64,000 nt of DNA from Psammoneis japonica (lineage: Eukaryota): contig QPGO01000002.1 of the NCBI GenBank assembly GCA_008632985.1, positions 992,001 to 1,056,000 of the forward strand. The letters are read 5' to 3'. Shown here piece after piece: positions 1-12,065 of the stretch. Each line of letters starts with the position of its first letter. Position 1 is the first letter of the stretch. The notes beneath the pieces were generated by a model that saw nothing but the letters and a program-made list of their open reading frames with translations, had not been told where the DNA came from and searched no databases. The translations under genes were made by a program, and so were the position numbers.

Positions 1-1795
1 CGTTATTACAGCTTTTGCTCCCATGCCCACGGGACTGTTATCATCTGAGTGCAGCTGTCGAGGCATCGATCAATGTATCTGCATCACAGAGGAAGTAGAA
101 GCTTATACTGCTTTTGAGCTGTTCTGTTTGGCAAACGCACGAGCGTCGGCTTATTGCCTTTATCCGCTCTACATCATCATGTTTCTATCAATGTCTCGGA
201 ACCTTCGAACGAAGCTTCAACGTACAATCGTTGCAGAGTTCATTCCACTAACAAGCCTACATGCTCTCCACGCATGGGCAGGGACGTTGATTGGCGTTGT
301 TATATTCTGGCATGCTTTATGGCACTTCATCCGATGGGGAGTACAAGGCAAGCTATTGTCCATGACGTTCGCGACTCAAGTTGGTATCACGGGGTTCATC
401 GCTCTCGTCATTACACCAGTTCTTGTCTGGCCGATGCGCCTGGCAAAGCTTCGGTCAAGGATCAATTTTGAAACCCGAAAGAGAATGCACTATTTGAGCT
501 GGGTATGGGCAGCTCTGCTGTGCTTCCACTCTCCTGCATCGCGTATATTCTGGATCATTGGATCAGCCTTTTTGGTGTACCTGGTTGATTGGATATACGG
601 CCTCTTTATGACGACTCACCTAGTTCCATCGGCACGTTTTGTGCTGCTTGAATCAGCGATTATGATTCGTGTTCAGAAGCCCGATGGATTTCATTTTGCG
701 GGATCAGGCGGCTATTGCTACCTTTGCGTACCCTGGATATCAAAGTATGAATGGCACACATTCTCCGCTTACAAGGATCCCTTTGATAGCGAGTACGTTT
801 GCTTTTGCATCTCAGTTGTTGGTGACTGGACCAAGAAACTCCAAGACGAGATTCGCGAACCCATTTATCGAAGGCTTTGGATCTGTGGTCCGTTTGCGTC
901 TCCCTTTGAGAAAGCTTGCCTTCAAGACAATACCATTTCAATTGCCAGTGGGATTGGCATTACTCCCGCTGTCAGTGCAATCAACTCTCTTTCTACTACC
1001 CGCAAGATGCATTTGATATGGATTTGTAGAGAGGCAGGACTCGTAGAATTCATGGTTGATTATGGTGCGATGTTTGATGACGAAGCATACACATTTGTCT
1101 TTTACACCGGCAAACGTGAGCTCGTCTTTAGACGCAAGCTTCCGCCTAATTTGTTTCTGCTCAAGGGGCGACCGGATCTCAGCAATCTGATTGCTGTGTT
1201 AGTCCGTAATGGTGGAGACGATTGTGATGAACTGGATCTCTCGTCTTATGAAAAGGTCAACAACGACTTGATGCAGGGCGAGGACGTGGAAGGTGTGCCA
1301 TCTGCCGAGCAGAGGTTCTATACAGAGATGCTTCGGCTTCTCTTCTCATACACGGCCGAGGAGCTCTTTAATGATGCTGTTCGAAGGTCGCGTTTTACTA
1401 GCCGGTGTGTCTGTTATGACGGCCTCAAGGAGTTAGTGGATGATATTTTTGATCGAAAGTTATCCGACGAACAGCTGCGAATCGTTTTTGATCGGATAGA
1501 TCATGACAAGAACGGATCTATTGAATTTGAAGAGTTCAATGCATTCATTAAAGAGATGGAAGAGGACGCAGCGAAAGACTCCAAAAGACAGCGACTTGCA
1601 CTTGAAGACTTCCATGAGACTATGCAACGTCGAATCACCAGCAGATTTGAACCGGGAACGCGCTTCACCGAAGAGGTTGATACTCCCGGGTGGAGGCTAA
1701 TGTACTGCGGCGGAAGCGATGGGATTATCACACTCCTTCAAGCCATTTCCAAAAAGAACCATGTCCCCCTTTCGATCGAGAGTTTTCGATGGTAG
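1..1795 (+). CDS. Ferric reductase/NADPH oxidase (NOX-like) with EF-hand, copy 1; 5' end lies before the window
   Basis: Heme His pairs in TM helices (HALHAW..WHALWH, MHYLS..FHSP), FAD motif EWHTFS and VVGDWT, NADPH motifs GPF, ASGIGITP, YCGG and terminal ESF; EF loop DHDKNGSIEFEEF. Base 1 aligns to 33355 inside copy 2. Confidence 0.85.
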   Translation, partial: VITAFAPMPTGLLSSECSCRGIDQCICITEEVEAYTAFELFCLANARASAYCLYPLYIIMFLSMSRNLRTKLQRTIVAEFIPLTSLHALHAWAGTLIGVVIFWHALWHFIRWGVQGKLLSMTFATQVGITGFIALVITPVLVWPMRLAKLRSRINFETRKRMHYLSWVWAALLCFHSPASRIFWIIGSAFLVYLVDWIYGLFMTTHLVPSARFVLLESAIMIRVQKPDGFHFAGSGGYCYLCVPWISKYEWHTFSAYKDPFDSEYVCFCISVVGDWTKKLQDEIREPIYRRLWICGPFASPFEKACLQDNTISIASGIGITPAVSAINSLSTTRKMHLIWICREAGLVEFMVDYGAMFDDEAYTFVFYTGKRELVFRRKLPPNLFLLKGRPDLSNLIAVLVRNGGDDCDELDLSSYEKVNNDLMQGEDVEGVPSAEQRFYTEMLRLLFSYTAEELFNDAVRRSRFTSRCVCYDGLKELVDDIFDRKLSDEQLRIVFDRIDHDKNGSIEFEEFNAFIKEMEEDAAKDSKRQRLALEDFHETMQRRITSRFEPGTRFTEEVDTPGWRLMYCGGSDGIITLLQAISKKNHVPLSIESFRW

Positions 1796-1884
1796 TGTAT
1801 TGCGCGTGACAGTGTCTACGTGCGTATTCGATCACTCCAACATGTAACAATTAGAGACATTCATGTCACGAGAGCGTACTCACT

Positions 1885-2530
1885 TCGTGGCGTAGCTTGA
1901 AAGGAACCATTTGCTTTCTTCACAACCAACCCGTCATTTTGCAAATCTTCCACGAGACCAGGAAAATCTGATAGACCACAGTTGACTTGATTTGCAATTC
2001 TGCGAAAGTCGTCCCTTTTCTACCCATTTGCTCCAACGCTTCTACAAACGCCTTTTTGTTACCCGTCACTCTAATGTTGCTACTGCCGCCACCGCTTTCG
2101 TCTGCGTGTGCTTTTTCATGGTCATGAGTTCCACAACGTCGACAGCGCTTTCTTTCACTGCGTGTTCCCGAAGACAGGCCTTGGCTTGCGCTTGTGAAAG
2201 CCCAATCAATGCTTCCAATTGTGGTGCAGTAATTTGAACTGTGTAGTTCTTGCTGGATGAATCCCAATCGGGACACCTGCACAACAAGTAAAAGTCAAGT
2301 CAGTGAGCTGAGATTGGGACACGAGTGCTGTTAAAACATCGTCGTGTCGCACCGCAGCTTCACATGGTAAAGCAGTCCTCTAGAACCGCTGCAGCCCCCA
2401 TGCGTAAGTTTGAGCTTGCTGTGCTTTCTCGCATGTGAAATGCAGTTGCAAGCCAAATCAGCAGGGAGTTGCTCCTGTTGAAATCCAATCACCCAGACGA
2501 GCCAGCCCTTGGGTTTTTCCGAATCAACGT
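1885..2530 (-). pseudogene. MCM8: Decayed duplicate of the MCM8 3' end
   Basis: Aligns to about 35245-35932 (ITAPQLEALIGLSQAQAK vs ITTRQLEALIRLSQARAK; DLACNCISHARKHSK vs DLVRDYISYAREYCK) with frameshifts and deletions; homology stops at about 2530. Confidence 0.85.
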
Positions 2531-3160
2531 TGTGTGGCTTTTGCAAGTGTTGGACCAGTTCTCACAGCTTTTCCACTGGCCAATGTGTGTCGTTCCACTC
2601 AGCTGGCCCCAAGATGCGCACGCAGGCCAGCGTTGTTCATGTCAGCAGGAAGTTTTCACTTCGCACCATCGTTCAGTGAGGTCAATTTCACTGCTCAGCC
2701 CTGGTCTCAATCAAAGAGCAAGGCTCCCCACTGATGATTTCTTCCCCAAGGTGCCACTCATCTTGACATCACCTTTGTTGCCACTCTTTCCCTTCCCTGA
2801 CACGCAAGCTCAGCTCAGCTCTCAGCTCTGCTCTTGTGCTCCCTGCACGAAAACTGAAACCACGCACACTGCAAGGAGTTGGGCATCTGTCCATCACTGT
2901 GTCACTGTGCGGCAACACCGACAACCCATCAAAGGCGAGTTGCAGGGAGATGGATTTGCACGACCATTGCTTTGCATCATAAAAATTGAAGCTAAAAAAT
3001 GTGAGAATAAGATTGGATTTGATCACTGAAAAATGACCCAAAAAGTCCGTCATTACTGTACATAAGACTATTATCTCCGGGCATATGTTTTGAAGGTCAT
3101 TTCCTTTTATATAAGTTTTATGAAAGACTTTAATCAACCCTGACATTTTGACGGGGCTTA
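2531..3160. mobile_element. Unclassified degraded repeat truncating the MCM8 duplicate
   Basis: TpA-poor to about 2980, like the other TE islands; no recognisable protein motif. Confidence 0.3.
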
Positions 3161-3408
3161 GTACCGGTACTGTGGAGGTAGACGGAAAGAATACAACCCT
3201 GGGTACAACTGCGTAGGGTCTAGTACTTCTTCTACAGGGTCACCAGGAAAGCACAGACACCGACTTCCGCTACATCAACCTGCAGCACCCTCCAAGACGC
3301 GCAGCTGCGAAGACAACCAAAAAAGAAAACGATCGCGACAATGGCCTCCCTTGCGTCGCTGATATCTATATCTATTTTTGCCGTATTTTCCCGTTTCTTT
3401 TCGCAGCA

Positions 3409-4392
3409 TTAGGAGCTTTTATACAAGTAATATGATGGGCTAGTGGTGCTGGCGTTGAGTTCAATCCGTCGAGGCGGATTTGTCGCTGAAGGTGCAGTGC
3501 AGAAATTGTGAGAATGCAGCATCAACATGACGGATTTTTGTGATATACTATTGTATCTTTGGTGTTGTTTCTCACTTCTTGTCATTATTTTGACGTATGT
3601 GCTATAAGGTGTCCACGGGGCTTGGGTTTTTATGTGCTGACTTCTCTCGGAACTTATCGTTGAATAATCAAAATTGAGCTGCCACTGGAATTTATGGTAA
3701 AGAGTTGGCGGCGGTGATATCTCAACATCCCTTGGGCCGATTTTCGCGATTCTTGTTTCATTATTAATGGAAATTGTACAAGGAATCCAAGAGGCTTGGT
3801 TTTGTTGTGCAAAATTCCATTCTGTGCAGATGGATTTATTGGATGCCGTGCGCACAGAAATGATGCTTCAATTGGAAGGGGCGCTCCAGCGATGTTGTGG
3901 ATTGAACAAGGAAGAATGAAGCCCTAGACACGCACTACATGTAACAAGAATATTAAATATGAATGTTAAACATGGCACGGGGTTTTTTACGTCAGTTGAT
4001 CGTGTCGGGTTGCCTTGATTTGACAGAACATTCCACGGCACCAACCGGTTTGACATGTAGCTGGAAATCGGCTTCCTCCAGTGTTCCAACCAATTTGACC
4101 TTGCTTGCATGGGCAAGCTGTTGTCGCCTGGTTCGGGCGTTCCATACGCCTTTAGACCCATCCACCACGACATCGTTGGGGGTTGTTTGAATGGCCTCTG
4201 GTTGGTGAAGTCTTGTTCACATTGACAAGTCACCCCGCCAAGAAATAACGTGAGTGCTATCAAGGTTGGCTTGTAATACTTTTTAGACGGCATGGTCTCG
4301 GTTGTATTGTTGCATAAATCTATCAAAAACGCGACGTACCATGCAACAACCCGGTTGTTTCGATACGGGAAAAATTCCCGTGCTTCCTCCAC
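3409..4392 (-). mobile_element. Fragment of a stramenopile Crypton-like element (pseudogenised)
   Basis: Segment KAYGTPEPG..ARSNWLEHWRKPISSYMSNRLVPWNV..QGNPTRSTDV resembles, from memory, the N-terminal region of oomycete/diatom CryptonS-type proteins; the frame is broken downstream. Confidence 0.4.
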
Positions 4393-4704
4393 AAGAACAC
4401 GGAAGATACGGTCGCTGAAGTGGGGTAACGGTCAGTACAATGTGTAGAATTCAACGGAGAAATACTACGGAATACAACATGGGTTGTATTCCCGGGATAA
4501 TGTAGAAGTATGTCAATCGTCGTTCAGAGAACACAACAGCGTTTTCAAACACTATAGCCCTACTGTCTAGGGATGTGAAATATTCTGCTTACGACCAATA
4601 AAAAAGGAAATATTTCTACTTACGACCAATAAAAACAAGACAGGACGTTAGGTACCAGAGACCATCGTCAACAGGTGATAGTGTTTTCTTTCCTCCAAGA
4701 CAGT

Positions 4705-7700
4705 ATGAGCTTGATGTTGCGTGTGATAGCCGTCTTTGTAATATCCTCGATTGTGGTCCCGGTCGCCGGTAAGGATGACATTGCCATTTGGGCAAATAGC
4801 GGTAGCACCCCCCCTGGCTATGCTCTTTGGGACGGGAACTCGTTTTCTTCCTCAATGAGTATGCAAAGTACTCGGACACGATGGAAATTAATCAGAGGGG
4901 CCTACTCACCAACGCGTAATGAAGCCATTGTGCTCGGCCTGACATATGGCCAAGAGGTGACGGCGCAAATATACAATGGTAAAAGTTGGAGTAACCTACC
5001 TTTTTCGCCAATTGACTACAAGGGAAAGTCATTTTATCAATCAGCATTTGACGTTCGTTACGAGTCTAAAAGTGGAGATGCGTTGTTGGTGTGGATTGAG
5101 GGTGAGACGGACATTATCTCGTACAGAAAATGGAATGGGGTCTCCTGGAGCTCCGAAACGAGAATCAATGTACCATCAATGGGACAGACTCACTATCAGC
5201 TGGACTTAGTTCCAAGTCCTTTGTCCAATGAAATGATGTTGATTGTTGTTGGGGACGCGAAGTCTGACGACGTGCTTGTATGGGATGGAAACAGTTTTGG
5301 GAGAAAGTTCGAGATAAAAAACAATGTCAACTATGGACTCATCAAAGTAAAGGTGGTATACGAACAACAGAGTGGCCGTGCTATCATGGTATATCCAAAG
5401 AAGTCTCATACACTACATTATCGTGTATGGAATGGCTCATGGAGTGGAGAAGGCACTATTACTCCTCCCAGTGGCATCTCTTCATCGTACGATATCAACT
5501 ACATTTGTGCAGCTTCAGATCCGTCCAGCAATCGTATTGTCGTGGGAGCATCTACTTATACAAAGTTTGCATCGTGGTTTGTCATTTGGGATGGTCGGAG
5601 CGGCTGGGGATCAAAGGTAAACGCTGCGTCTTCATCTTCGGCGAGAATTATTCGAACTATCGATGTGGCATTCGAGAGCAATTCCGGTCAAGCTCTGGCA
5701 GTGTATACTAGAGGCAGTGACAAAGTACTTTACAGAACGTTTTCTTCATCATGGTCTTCCGAACGAAGTGGTCCCGACGTCGGAGACCAACCTAACTCCA
5801 TGAGACTATTCTCTTCGCCTAGTGACGACGAAATCATGATTGCTATTCAGGACAACAGCCAAGACGCCAACTTTTGTCTTTGGGAAGGAAGCGACTGGGG
5901 TCGTGTCTACCGGATGACAAGCAACACGGGCGAGACGCCAAATCGGGGTCAGCCGTATTTGTTTCTTTGGAACCAGAAGGAGGATGCACCTCCAACTTTG
6001 CCTCCAAGCCCCCCTCCATCACCTCCACCTACTCCAATGAGACCTACACCATCTCCAACGTCCTCTCCCACAGCAAAGCCAACGGTTTGTGTTGACGATC
6101 CAGGGGGGTGGTATGATCCTGATGGCGAGATCTATAATTGTGCATGGTATGGTTTAGATGACAACTGCAAAGAGTACGGAGATCTCTTTGAAAACTTTGG
6201 AGTAACGGCGAATGAGGCTTGTTGCTCCGTAAGTGCAATGCCAGCTTTGTTCTCTCTCTCCTCTCTCCTCTCTCTCTCTTGCTATTGAGTGGATTCAATC
6301 ATTTGCTCATCGATTATGTTTTGTGTTTCACGTTAGTGCCAGGGCGGGAAACTTCTGTCAATCGACGAGATTACCCCAACCCCGACACCTCTACCTACCG
6401 TAACCCCGACAAAAATGCCGACAACAAAACCGACAGATGAACCAACGCCATTGCCCACATCATCCCCTTCATTGAAGCCCACTCCTTTATTTACGGAGTT
6501 TCCAACAACACCTCCGACTCCAATTCCAACGGTGCCACCTACGCCGCCTCCTAGTCCTTCTCCCACGCCGCAACCAACTCCAGGGCCAACACCTACGCCC
6601 TCACCACCTCCATCTCTTAGTCCCACGCCATCACCGCCGACACCAGCTCCCTCGCCTCAGCTAACATTAAGTCCGACACCTCTACCAACAAATAAGCCAA
6701 CTCTCATTCCTACCGAAAGGCCGACAGCTCCACCGTCTCCGTTACCAACAAGGGATCCCACTAATCCTCCAACTCTGGTTCCCACGTCAAAGTTAACGCA
6801 TCTCCCAACCATAGAGCCATCGATATCTCCTTCAAAGAGGCCAGCAACATCTCCACCTACTCAACAGACCGGCAGACCAACGAAAGTATCAACCGAGACT
6901 CCGACATTGGTGCCAACTGCTCGACCGACTGCTGCGCCAACGATGTCACCAACATTAGAACCAAGCAAGAGCCCCACCATAATGCCCACACGGAAACCGA
7001 CTTTGGTGCCTAGCGTCTCACAAACACCAAAACCGACAACAGAACCAATAAGAACACCCCCTCAAGACACACCATCGCCAGTCGCATCAGACGTTGGTGT
7101 GTCTTTCGCAACAGATCTCTTGGTATTGGGAGGGCTTGTTCAATTGATAAAGATTGCAAGTCTAATGCATGCAGACGTGGAGTTTGCATGGCTTCATCTG
7201 ATTGTTATCCGATCAAACATAAACATGGAGCCCAGTTTACGAAGCACCACGTTAACATTGTCTTTGTCGCGTCGGCCTTTGATGGCGGGAGTCATGAAGA
7301 ATGGAACAATCAGGTCAACAAGACGTACACCTTGTTTAAAAGCTACAACATGTTCTCTGAAAGCATTGACGAACTGAGTTTCTTTCGTGTTGACCCTGAG
7401 AAGCTGGACGCATCATTCTGTATGAGAGGATGTGCAGGGATAGATCGATTATTGTGGTAAGTGGTGGCTACGTTTAGAAAGTCAATGGACAGAATTGATA
7501 TCTAATTTATGCTTCAATTCCGTTTCCGTGTTCCTGTTAAAGCTGTGATGTTGAGCGTGCCCACAGATTATCAAGCAAGTGTTCGCCCGTCGGGTCGAAT
7601 ATGCAAACCGTCATCATTCATAACTCCAACGCTTATGGCGGAGCGGGTTACACAATTTCCAACGTAGCTACTACGTCAGTGCATCCAAATGCTCCGCTGG

Positions 7701-8668
7701 TTGCAGTTCATGAATTAGGTCACTCTCTATTTAAGCTCAATGACGAATACACCTACGGACCTGCAACTGACGATGATCCGAATTGTGATTCAACTAGAAA
7801 ATGCAACAAGTGGAAGGACCTACGAAAAAACACGCCAGCTCCTTATGAACCTGCAAAGTGTCTGCCTGGGTGCCGCAATGGCAACTTTTTCGTCGGGTCA
7901 AAATCCTTCATGGATGTCTTGAATCTTCCTGTAGGCGTGAGTAGCCCTTGTTCTGCAGCTGCATCTTGGAAAGCCTTCTGCAAGGCTGATCCATAGGTAT
8001 CCGTCACAAACAAGACTCGCTCAACCTTTTCATTGCCTTTTTTTCGTTCTTTTCGTTTCGTTCAGGCTGTGAATGAAAGGTTTACTTGTTGCACCTATCA
8101 GATGCTGACAAAATCATTTCCGTTCTACTGCGACGTTTTTGACTTTTCACCCGGCTACCTTTTGAACTACTGCAAAGAACGTGACTACCAAAATTACGGC
8201 TCAGCAAATTATGAGGTTGACCCACTGTTAGCTATTCCAGCTAATGCTAAAGAGGCCAACAACAACGCAAAAGCAACGCATGTCTATGTTTCTGATCCCG
8301 TCCTGGTGACAATAATGCCCAAGATTCGAAGAAATGGAAGAACGGTTTTCAAGGTGAAACAAGCGCGTTTGCCACCAGGTACTTTTCCTCGCGCGCAAGT
8401 CCAAGGCGAATTCTCGAAGCCAAAGGCTGCTGCCAAGGAAGGGATCGATTCGTTGGTAAAAGTTGTAGTTCTCTACAAAGAAGGGAAGGAGATACTTTTG
8501 TTTTCTCGAAACGTCACAATCGACGTTCCCCTTCCCGATCCTTACGAGACAACGCAGCAAGATGATGAGGCAATCTTCGTGTCTCAGCAGTCCGACGTTG
8601 TCGAAGTAGTTTTGAACAAAAAGGGAAGAATCGTCAGCAGTGTGCGGGCGCTAATGGTTGCACTTTGA
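4705..8668 (+). CDS. Secreted mosaic protein: W-rich repeat domain, Cys module, Pro/Thr stalk, M64-type zinc metallopeptidase
   Basis: Signal peptide. Exons 4705-6228, 6337-7456, 7543-7936, 8066-8668 with GT..AG introns that restore frame. Motif NSNAYGGAG..VAVHELGHSLFKLNDEY matches peptidase M64. One unexplained frameshift near 7100. Confidence 0.75.
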
Positions 8669-8919
8669 CCTCGAATCAAACATAGATGTTGCTATAGATG
8701 CACCTTCGACTAGCTACAGGTTGTTTCAGCACATTGAAAGAGTTAATTTTCGCATCTCTAGTGGTCGTATCGTACGGAACGTCCCGGTCCGTGAAATGTG
8801 AATTTTGGTTGACTGATGATTCGAATCGAGCTTGGTCGTGAAACCGTCGAAGTGTCGTTCCAAAGGAGGATGCCTTTGACATTTTTTATTTCGCAGGAAG
8901 ATCAGCACAAAAAGCAAGT

Positions 8920-10870
8920 AGGCACCAAAGAGTGTGAATCCTGTGGTTGGACAGGGTTCTCAGGGAAATGCCCAACCAGCCAACCAAAGTCAAGAATGAG
9001 GACGAGGTTCTGCACCCAATGCTGTCAGTGTGCCAGGAGTGTTGGTGGTGCACCTTGGCAGCCAGTGGTGACTCAGGGGGAGTGCCATCCCCAGTCATTC
9101 ACACTTGCAATGATTTTCATGCCACCACCTCAAAGGACCCTCCATCAGAGGAAGCAAGACAAGGCCATGGCACCCTCCCCAAGCACATCTCAGCAGCATC
9201 TGAGCACAACAGGTCAGTGGTCACTGTGCACTGCTGTTTGGCAGCAGTTTTGCAAGGGCCTGGTGAGGTGCAGGGTTGTGCCACTCCTGTGTTTTGAGAT
9301 GCCCGGCAACTGCTGCACTCTGGGCTTGCATCCCCAGGTGCCTTGCAATGGCAACACATGCCCGCCTTGGCTGGGGACATGAACACATGTGTCTTGGTGG
9401 ATTGCCAGTGCCACCAGCAAGCCCACTTGTTGACCCAAGTGACTCTTTTTCTGTCAAAGCATGCACCACCCAGTCTGAGTGCATGTGTGCTTTTTGCCCA
9501 TGAGGCTGCTTTTGCTGGTGCCTCTTTCGCCAGAGGCTGTGCTCATGAAAGTCCATCATGGAGCCAGCACAACTGTGTGCTGCCAGCCAAGAAGTTGCCG
9601 CCAGTGCTCCCAGATTTCCCAAAGGCAGCTTGTGTGGCCACCACAGCAGACCCCAAGATGTCTGCCACCACCCAAGATTGGCCAGCCATTCAATCACAAC
9701 CCCAACTCAGACCTGCCAGATTGGCTGTGCACTGCTCTCTGCCAGCAGCAAGTTCATCATCCCATGGTGCAAGCCATTGACAACTTTGCCATTGAGCAGC
9801 ATGCCAATGTCTTTTTTGTCAGGCCATTGCTCTCCATGATTGTCACCCAGAAGCACAATCACTTGCACCAGCAGTGATTTTTGTTCACAGCTTCAATGGC
9901 TTTGCACCCGTTGTTGCCTCTTTATTTTGTTTCAATGCAACCCAACTGTGCAGTCCAAGCCCTGGCACCTGTGGACTCTGTTGCCTGTGCTGGTGCACTC
10001 TTTTATGATGTCAGCACTGCAAAGCATGCTGTCCAACACAGTGTTGCCATTGCAGCAGACACTGCCTCCAGCGGCTTGCTCGCACATTTCTTGAAAATGT
10101 CAAAGATCCCATCTTCTTCCTAAAGTCTTCATCTCAGCATCAAACTGGTGTCACTGCAAGGCAACCCTGTTGATGTGTGCACCACCAAGGATTCCATGCA
10201 GCAGGTTGGTGTTTGCTGTGAAGGAGTCTTTGGAAACATTTCCCACCCCAAGGCACCAGCATGCTGAACTTCCAACCAAATTGCCAAATCAGTTGCTGCT
10301 GCAAGAAACAACAAGACTCAGCTCCCAAGAGTGCAAAGCTGGCCTCTGAAGCTGTTGCTGATGTGCACCATCATTTTTAATGCACCCAGGCCAGCATGCC
10401 ACAGCTCTCTCTGAAACCCCCTCACATGACTCCTGGGCAACACCTGCTTGGCTGCTGGCAGTGTTTGTCCAGACATCTTCCTTGAGGCTGCCCTTGCACC
10501 TCTCCATTGCCAACTTGTTCATGGCAAGGCAGCTGGACTGGGCCCATCCAGCCACCCCAAACCCTGTCCCACTTGAGCCCCACTCTGTTGTGTGTTGCAT
10601 CAGGGAGAGAGCTCCTGTGGCACCACACATGACACACCCATGCAGGCCCACTTTTGAGAATGGCCAGCAGCACATCAGAGTGCACGAAATGTCAAAAATG
10701 TGCAGATTTACATGATGACAATTTGTGAAAACACTGCAAAATGTTGTTGTCGTGTGATGACAGGCCAACCTCTGGTTGCAAGTTTGGTGCACCAATGTTG
10801 CAACAACTTGTCAAGAATTGTGCATGCTGTTTTTCACTGTGTCCACATCACCATTTCTGCCTCCACCTTG
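8920..10870 (-). mobile_element. Heavily eroded element, possibly a non-LTR retrotransposon (RNase H and 3' region)
   Basis: Near-total TpA and CpG loss; faint minus-strand relics (AATD..GALGW, VCCNG, LLNGKVV, DSIGC) resemble diatom LINE RNase H and C-terminal motifs. Confidence 0.3.
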
Positions 10871-10969
10871 TTGCCACATGCCAATGCATGATTGCATTGC
10901 CACACAAACCTTGGTTTGTTAATTTTCGTAAACATCATTTTAAACGAGAAAAACATTTCATCAGTTGAG

Positions 10970-11761
10970 TCAATTCCTTGTTGTGTCTGCAGTGCAATGA
11001 CCGAGTGCTGTGTCAACTGTGTGCACATTTTCTTGCTGCAACTCTCTTAAACTGAGCCAACAATCATCATCAGACTCGTCTTCATTGGACTCGTCTTCAT
11101 CGGATTCGTCTCCTCCGTTGTTTGTTTTTCCTTTTGCGCCTTCCTCCTGCTCATCGTCGTCACCATTGTCATCCCTGCTGCTCTCCACCATCAGGCTGTT
11201 CATTGCCTTCACCTTCTCCGCATCACCGGTCGGTGCCATCTTCTTCTTCTTTTTTGCTTCTCCGGACTTCTCGCACTCGCTTTTCTTGATCTCCGCATGT
11301 CACTTTTCAAACTCCTTGCCCTCCTTGGAGTCTCTGTCTTTCGTCACCTCTTTGCACAAATCGTTGAACCAAATGATTCCGTCGTCTCCCCAAGACACTC
11401 GTTGTTTCTTTGGCTTCGTGCACCGAGGGGCAGGCCTTGTTTCTTCGGGCTCCATTTCCTCGCCCAATTCTTCCACCACCTCCTCCTTGTTCCTGCATGC
11501 CCACACCTGCCAACAATTCTCTACAGCTGACAGCGCCAAAGCTTCGTCACCCACCGCAAACAACTGTGAGACCTGTGCATTCCCAGTTTTGATGGTGCGA
11601 CTCCATGCCTGCTTTTGCTTGGTTTGAGGTAGGATGTGATCACAGAACCACTTGCATGCCTGCTTGTTCCTTTGTTTGCCGCCGGTGACAGTGTCCAGGC
11701 TAAACGGATCCCATGTCGGCACAAACGGGAGACTTGTTCCAGACTTAGGTGGCGCGCACAT
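10970..11761 (-). mobile_element. Degraded accessory ORF of a diatom DNA-transposon-type repeat
   Basis: Pattern VGDEALAL..VEN.W..W...P.CT....SWGDDGI.WFN.LC..V..DR...F with an acidic tail recalls a repeated TE-associated diatom ORF; TpA-depleted and broken by stops. Confidence 0.45.
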
Positions 11762-12065
11762 CCCCCTTTTCGCAGAAAAAATAATTTTTTAATGCTTCAT
11801 TGAACACCACACATGTTTGATAAAATTGATCATGTCAATGGCTTGTGAGGAAAATAAACAGAATAAACTCGAACAAACAAACAGCCAAACCGGCCTTTTA
11901 GCAGCGCAGGGGGAAGGACAGACACATCCACCCCCCAATGCATGCAGCCTTGAACGACCTGAATGCCAATGGCATTCTTTGCAACTCGTCGCCGCCTGCC
12001 GAGGCAGCAGCAGCAGCTGCAAACTTTTTGACAAAGGGAGCGACATGCGCCAACCTTGTCTCTGG

